Shown here in pieces: positions 58,840 to 64,000 of a DNA stretch of 64,000 nt. This DNA is from Croceimicrobium sp. (GTDB lineage Bacteria > Bacteroidota > Bacteroidia > Flavobacteriales > Schleiferiaceae), in contig CBFHJH010000001.1 in the NCBI GenBank assembly GCA_965656185.1, forward strand, positions 291,089 to 355,088, read 5' to 3'. Under the pieces are notes generated by a model. That model was given only the letters and a program-made list of their open reading frames with translations, was not told the DNA's origin and ran no database searches. The translations under genes and the position numbers were made by a program. Each line of letters starts with the position of its first letter. Positions within the stretch are counted from its first letter, which is position 1.

Positions 58840-60183
58840 ATGAAGATTATTATAGCCGGTGCTGGTGCCGTAGGAACCCACTTGGCGAATTGGCTTTCTC
58901 GGGAAGCTCACGATATTACCATAATAGACCATGATCATGAAGCTTTGGCTAATATTGATGGTAATATCGACGCCTTGACCATTTTTGGTGAGGTTACAGA
59001 TTTTAGGATTTTACAGCGCTCTAGAGTAGAGGAGGCCGATCTTTTTATTTCGGTGACTTCGATCGAAGAGGCCAATATTCTTAGTGCACAGTACGCTAAG
59101 CGCTTAGGGGCTAAAAAAACCATTGCCCGCATCAGTCAGATGCAATATCTCACTAATGACGATATCTTAAATATTAGGGACTTAGGGATAGACGAGCTAA
59201 TTTCTCCAGAGTCACTTGCAGCCAGGGAAGTACGCCACTTGATCAATACCAATGCCGCTTCCGAATCGATCGAGTTCGAAAACGGAAAGATCACCCTTTT
59301 AGGTTTAGATATTGATGAAGAAGCAACCATTGCTGGCAAGACCATGTCGGAAATTGCCACCATGAGTGAGGAGCGACATTATATCGTGGTGGCGATTAAA
59401 AGAGGAAGTGAAACGATAATCCCTAAAGGCGATACTAGGGTAAATGCCAACGATCATTTATTTGTGGTTACCCATGCCGAAGGACTTGAACAGGTACTTG
59501 AGGTAACGGGTCGTAGAAAAATAAAAATCAACGACATAATGATAATTGGCGGCAGCAGAACTGGTCGTCATTTGGCTCGAAAATTGAGTCGTAACTTCCA
59601 CGTAAAATTAGTAGAAGAAAATTCGGAAAAGGCGGAGGAGATCGCTTCTCAATTTCCTGAAGTAATGGTACTGAATTTCGATGGTACCGACGTGGAGAAA
59701 TTAGAAGAGGAAGGCCTGCAAAGTACCGATGCCCTAGTTGCGGTTACCGGAAACTCCGAAACCAATGTGCTTACTTGTTTGGTAGCGAAGGACAGAGGGG
59801 TGCAAAAGACCATTGCCATGGTTGAGAACATTGAGTACCTCTCTTTGACCCAATCGATCGGGATCGACAGCCTGATCAATAAGAAGCTAGCTGCCGCAAA
59901 CTTCATTTACCGATATATCCGACGGGGCGATTTCGTCACCCTTAGCACAATTCATGGCATCGACTCGGAAGTAATGGAGTTTAATGTTGGCGATAAGTGT
60001 AAAGTTACCCGCAGTCCCATTAGCGAGCTACAATTGCCTAAGGGCGCCTTGATCGGCGGTGTTATTCGCAATCAGAAAGGCCTGATTCCCAAAGGAGACT
60101 TTCATATTGAAACCGGTGATAAGGTGGTCGTCTTTGCCAAAAGTGACTGTGCTAAGAAAATTGCTAATTACTTCCGCAGCTAA
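58840..60183 (+). CDS. trkA: Trk K+ uptake NAD-binding subunit
   Basis: Two RCK modules: IIIAGAGAVG and IIGGSRTG. Confidence 0.92.
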   Translation: MKIIIAGAGAVGTHLANWLSREAHDITIIDHDHEALANIDGNIDALTIFGEVTDFRILQRSRVEEADLFISVTSIEEANILSAQYAKRLGAKKTIARISQMQYLTNDDILNIRDLGIDELISPESLAAREVRHLINTNAASESIEFENGKITLLGLDIDEEATIAGKTMSEIATMSEERHYIVVAIKRGSETIIPKGDTRVNANDHLFVVTHAEGLEQVLEVTGRRKIKINDIMIIGGSRTGRHLARKLSRNFHVKLVEENSEKAEEIASQFPEVMVLNFDGTDVEKLEEEGLQSTDALVAVTGNSETNVLTCLVAKDRGVQKTIAMVENIEYLSLTQSIGIDSLINKKLAAANFIYRYIRRGDFVTLSTIHGIDSEVMEFNVGDKCKVTRSPISELQLPKGALIGGVIRNQKGLIPKGDFHIETGDKVVVFAKSDCAKKIANYFRS

Positions 60184-61640
60184 TGCGCTTATTTAATCCT
60201 CGAATGACCGGTGCCTTGATCGGTGCCCTATTGATGATCGTGGCCGGTATGATGCTGATCAACGTGGCAGTAGCCGTTTTTTATCAGGAAGATTGGCAAT
60301 CCCTACTACTATCATCAGGAATAACTTTTGCAACCGGCGGCTTACTCTATCTTCTCAATCTTAAGAATACCAATAAGGAAGTTCGTAAAAGAGATGGTTT
60401 TTTGATCGTTACCTTAGGCTGGATAGCCATGTCGATCATGGGAAGCTTGCCTTACGCATTAACAGGCTCTATTGAAGGCATCGTTGATGCTATTTTTGAA
60501 ACGGTGAGCGGCTTTACCACTACTGGAGCTACGATCATGACCGATATTGAAGCTCAGCCCAAGTCCATTCTTTTTTGGCGAAGCATGACGCATTGGATCG
60601 GAGGGATGGGAATTATTGTTTTAACGGTGGCGATCTTACCGCTTTTAGGGGTAGGGGGTATGCAGCTCTTTGTGGCTGAGGCACCGGGAGTTACCCCCGA
60701 TAAATTACATCCACGCATTACGGGCACGGCTAAGCGCCTTTGGATCATCTATGTGGCCCTTACCTCGCTGGAGGCAATTGCCTTGTTCATAGCGGGTATG
60801 GATGGTTTTGATGCAATTAATCACGCCATGGCTACTATGGCAACTGGGGGCTTTTCCACAAAAAATGCCAGTATTGCTTATTACAGTTCACCTGCCATTC
60901 ATTATATCATCATTCTGTTTATGTTCTTGGCAGGGGTAAACTTCACTATGCTGTATTTCGGATTCACCGGAAGGTTTCGTCAGCTTAAAGCGAACGAAGA
61001 GTTTAGAGTCTACACTTGGAATACCTTGATCTTTTCTACTATCGTAGCTTTGGTTCTGATCTTCTTCCAAGGCTTGCCGGGAGAAGAGAGTATTCGAAAT
61101 GCCTTGTTTACAGTGGTTTCGATTACCACAACCACGGGTTTTATCACCGATAACTATTTGCTCTGGCCTAATTTCTTGATCTTTTTGGTCTTTGTTTTAT
61201 TCTTTTCGGGTGGATCTACGGGCTCCACCTCAGGGGGGATGAAGATCATGCGACATATTATTTTGATCAAGAATAGCTTTTTAGAGCTTAAAAGGCAGAT
61301 TCACCCCAATGCCATCATTCCGGTTCGCTTCAATGGGAAAGCCGTACCGCAGAGTATTACCAACACGGTAGCGGCATTTATTTTGATCTGGCTTATCGTA
61401 TTTTTCGTAGGGGCCTTCGTTATGTCCATGTTTGGCCTCGACTTCATGTCTGCCGTTGGTTCGGTTACGGCCACATTGGGTAATATCGGTCCAGGCTTAG
61501 GTAGTGTAGGGCCGGTCGATAATTTTGCTCATATTCCTCCAGGTGGGAAACTCTTTTTGAGTTTCTTAATGCTCCTCGGGCGTTTAGAGCTCTTTACGGT
61601 ACTGATCTTATTTATGCCCTATTTCTGGCAAAGGCGTTAA
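60183..61640 (+). CDS. trkH: Trk K+ uptake membrane subunit
   Basis: SGFTTTG, ATGGFS, TTTTGF, GNIGPG pore loops; GRLE. Confidence 0.93.
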   Translation: MRLFNPRMTGALIGALLMIVAGMMLINVAVAVFYQEDWQSLLLSSGITFATGGLLYLLNLKNTNKEVRKRDGFLIVTLGWIAMSIMGSLPYALTGSIEGIVDAIFETVSGFTTTGATIMTDIEAQPKSILFWRSMTHWIGGMGIIVLTVAILPLLGVGGMQLFVAEAPGVTPDKLHPRITGTAKRLWIIYVALTSLEAIALFIAGMDGFDAINHAMATMATGGFSTKNASIAYYSSPAIHYIIILFMFLAGVNFTMLYFGFTGRFRQLKANEEFRVYTWNTLIFSTIVALVLIFFQGLPGEESIRNALFTVVSITTTTGFITDNYLLWPNFLIFLVFVLFFSGGSTGSTSGGMKIMRHIILIKNSFLELKRQIHPNAIIPVRFNGKAVPQSITNTVAAFILIWLIVFFVGAFVMSMFGLDFMSAVGSVTATLGNIGPGLGSVGPVDNFAHIPPGGKLFLSFLMLLGRLELFTVLILFMPYFWQRR

Positions 61641-61641
61641 A

Positions 61642-62565
61642 CTAGTCTAATAGGGATTGTAAAGCTTTTAAGAAATCGAGGTTTTCCCTTTTATTCTTTA
61701 ATACCAAGAGGGGAGTGCGCTTATTGATGCGCACTAATTCTTTGCAAAAGGAACCCAGCATAACACTAGCTGAGGCCGTACGCCCCTTGGAACTGATCAC
61801 AATCAGGTCGGCACCAATATAATCAGCTTCAAAGAGACAGCGCTCTGGCCCATCTCCCTGGTTTTCATTAAAACTACACGGCAACTTATCGGGTAGCTTA
61901 TTCTTTTTCTTGAACGCTTGCCATTCCTTAAAGCTTTGATCGCGTAGGGCCTCATTTAGCTCTCTAACACTTTCCGCATTCTTAAGGTATTTGGGTGCCG
62001 AAGGGAAGAGGTGTATGCAGCGAATATCGGCGTGCAGTCTGTTAGCTAAAGTCTGAGCGAAATGCAGTGACTTCAGTCCTAATGCACTGAAGTCTAAAGG
62101 GATCAGGATTTCACTGATCTCCGAAACAGCGTTCTCTGGTACAAGTAGGGTGGAGCATGGGCCTTGTTCGGTAAGTCTAGATCCCAATAAGTGATGATCG
62201 CGATCGGTTTGATGTCTACCCAAAATCATAAGGTCTATGTCCTTGATATGGGTTTGCCGCAAGATTTGATCATAGGCTTGTCCTTCAAGTAAGATCACCT
62301 GAGCTTCTATGGCGTCTGCACCAAATTCATGTTCGTATAGCTCTAATAGGTATTTTTCTATGTTCTCCTCTTTGGGAGCGATAAGATCACCATACTTGAG
62401 TCGTATATCATCGCTTAAAGCTAAATCATCGCTAACGTGCATTAAGTAAAGGCGATCCACTTTATAGGAGGCAAGAAAATAGGCACTATAACGCAATACC
62501 TTTTCATCCAAGGCGCCTCCGTCGAGCGCAATCAAAACGCGATTAAAGTCGGCCTGGTTTTTCAT
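61642..62565 (-). CDS. tandem-domain universal stress protein
   Basis: Two USP units: VLIALDG...MILG...PCSTLLV and ILIPLDFS...SSKGRT...MLGS...PLLVL. Confidence 0.85.
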   Translation of the reverse strand: MKNQADFNRVLIALDGGALDEKVLRYSAYFLASYKVDRLYLMHVSDDLALSDDIRLKYGDLIAPKEENIEKYLLELYEHEFGADAIEAQVILLEGQAYDQILRQTHIKDIDLMILGRHQTDRDHHLLGSRLTEQGPCSTLLVPENAVSEISEILIPLDFSALGLKSLHFAQTLANRLHADIRCIHLFPSAPKYLKNAESVRELNEALRDQSFKEWQAFKKKNKLPDKLPCSFNENQGDGPERCLFEADYIGADLIVISSKGRTASASVMLGSFCKELVRINKRTPLLVLKNKRENLDFLKALQSLLD

Positions 62566-62568
62566 GGT

Positions 62569-64000
<1,432 letters not shown>

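Overview
This is an ordinary core-genome stretch of a Bacteroidota chromosome. Evidence for that assignment: TAnnTTTG/TTTG promoters, type IX secretion (T9SS) C-terminal domains and many lipoproteins. A marine Flavobacteriales such as Schleiferiaceae is a guess only. About 55 CDSs were found, including proA (partial), pirin, fahA, glyA, dnaA, queA, fabG, pepD, bshC, mnmE, accC, tex, trkAH and the end of a V/A-type ATPase operon (subunit I partial, subunit K). No rRNA, tRNA, CRISPR array or transposase was recognised. The most notable structure is a 1.7-kb integrase-less islet (45623-47323) at the 3' end of mnmE. It is bounded by a wobble-diverged duplicate of the last mnmE codons (C-I-G-K-stop) and has 11-bp-period GCGCAACAA repeats near both ends. 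It carries the 'mobile mystery' XRE-HTH/Fic gene pair, preceded by four quasi-palindromic operators spaced exactly 33 bp apart, and the Fic gene is frameshifted. Other leads are a Na+-signature V-ATPase/USP/Trk cluster, a multi-PAS protein with a HisKA domain but no kinase domain, a DUF2089 operon with palindromes flanking its promoter, and an orphan FtsE-like/TPR/beta-barrel locus. All assignments come from motif recognition by eye; no database searches were run.
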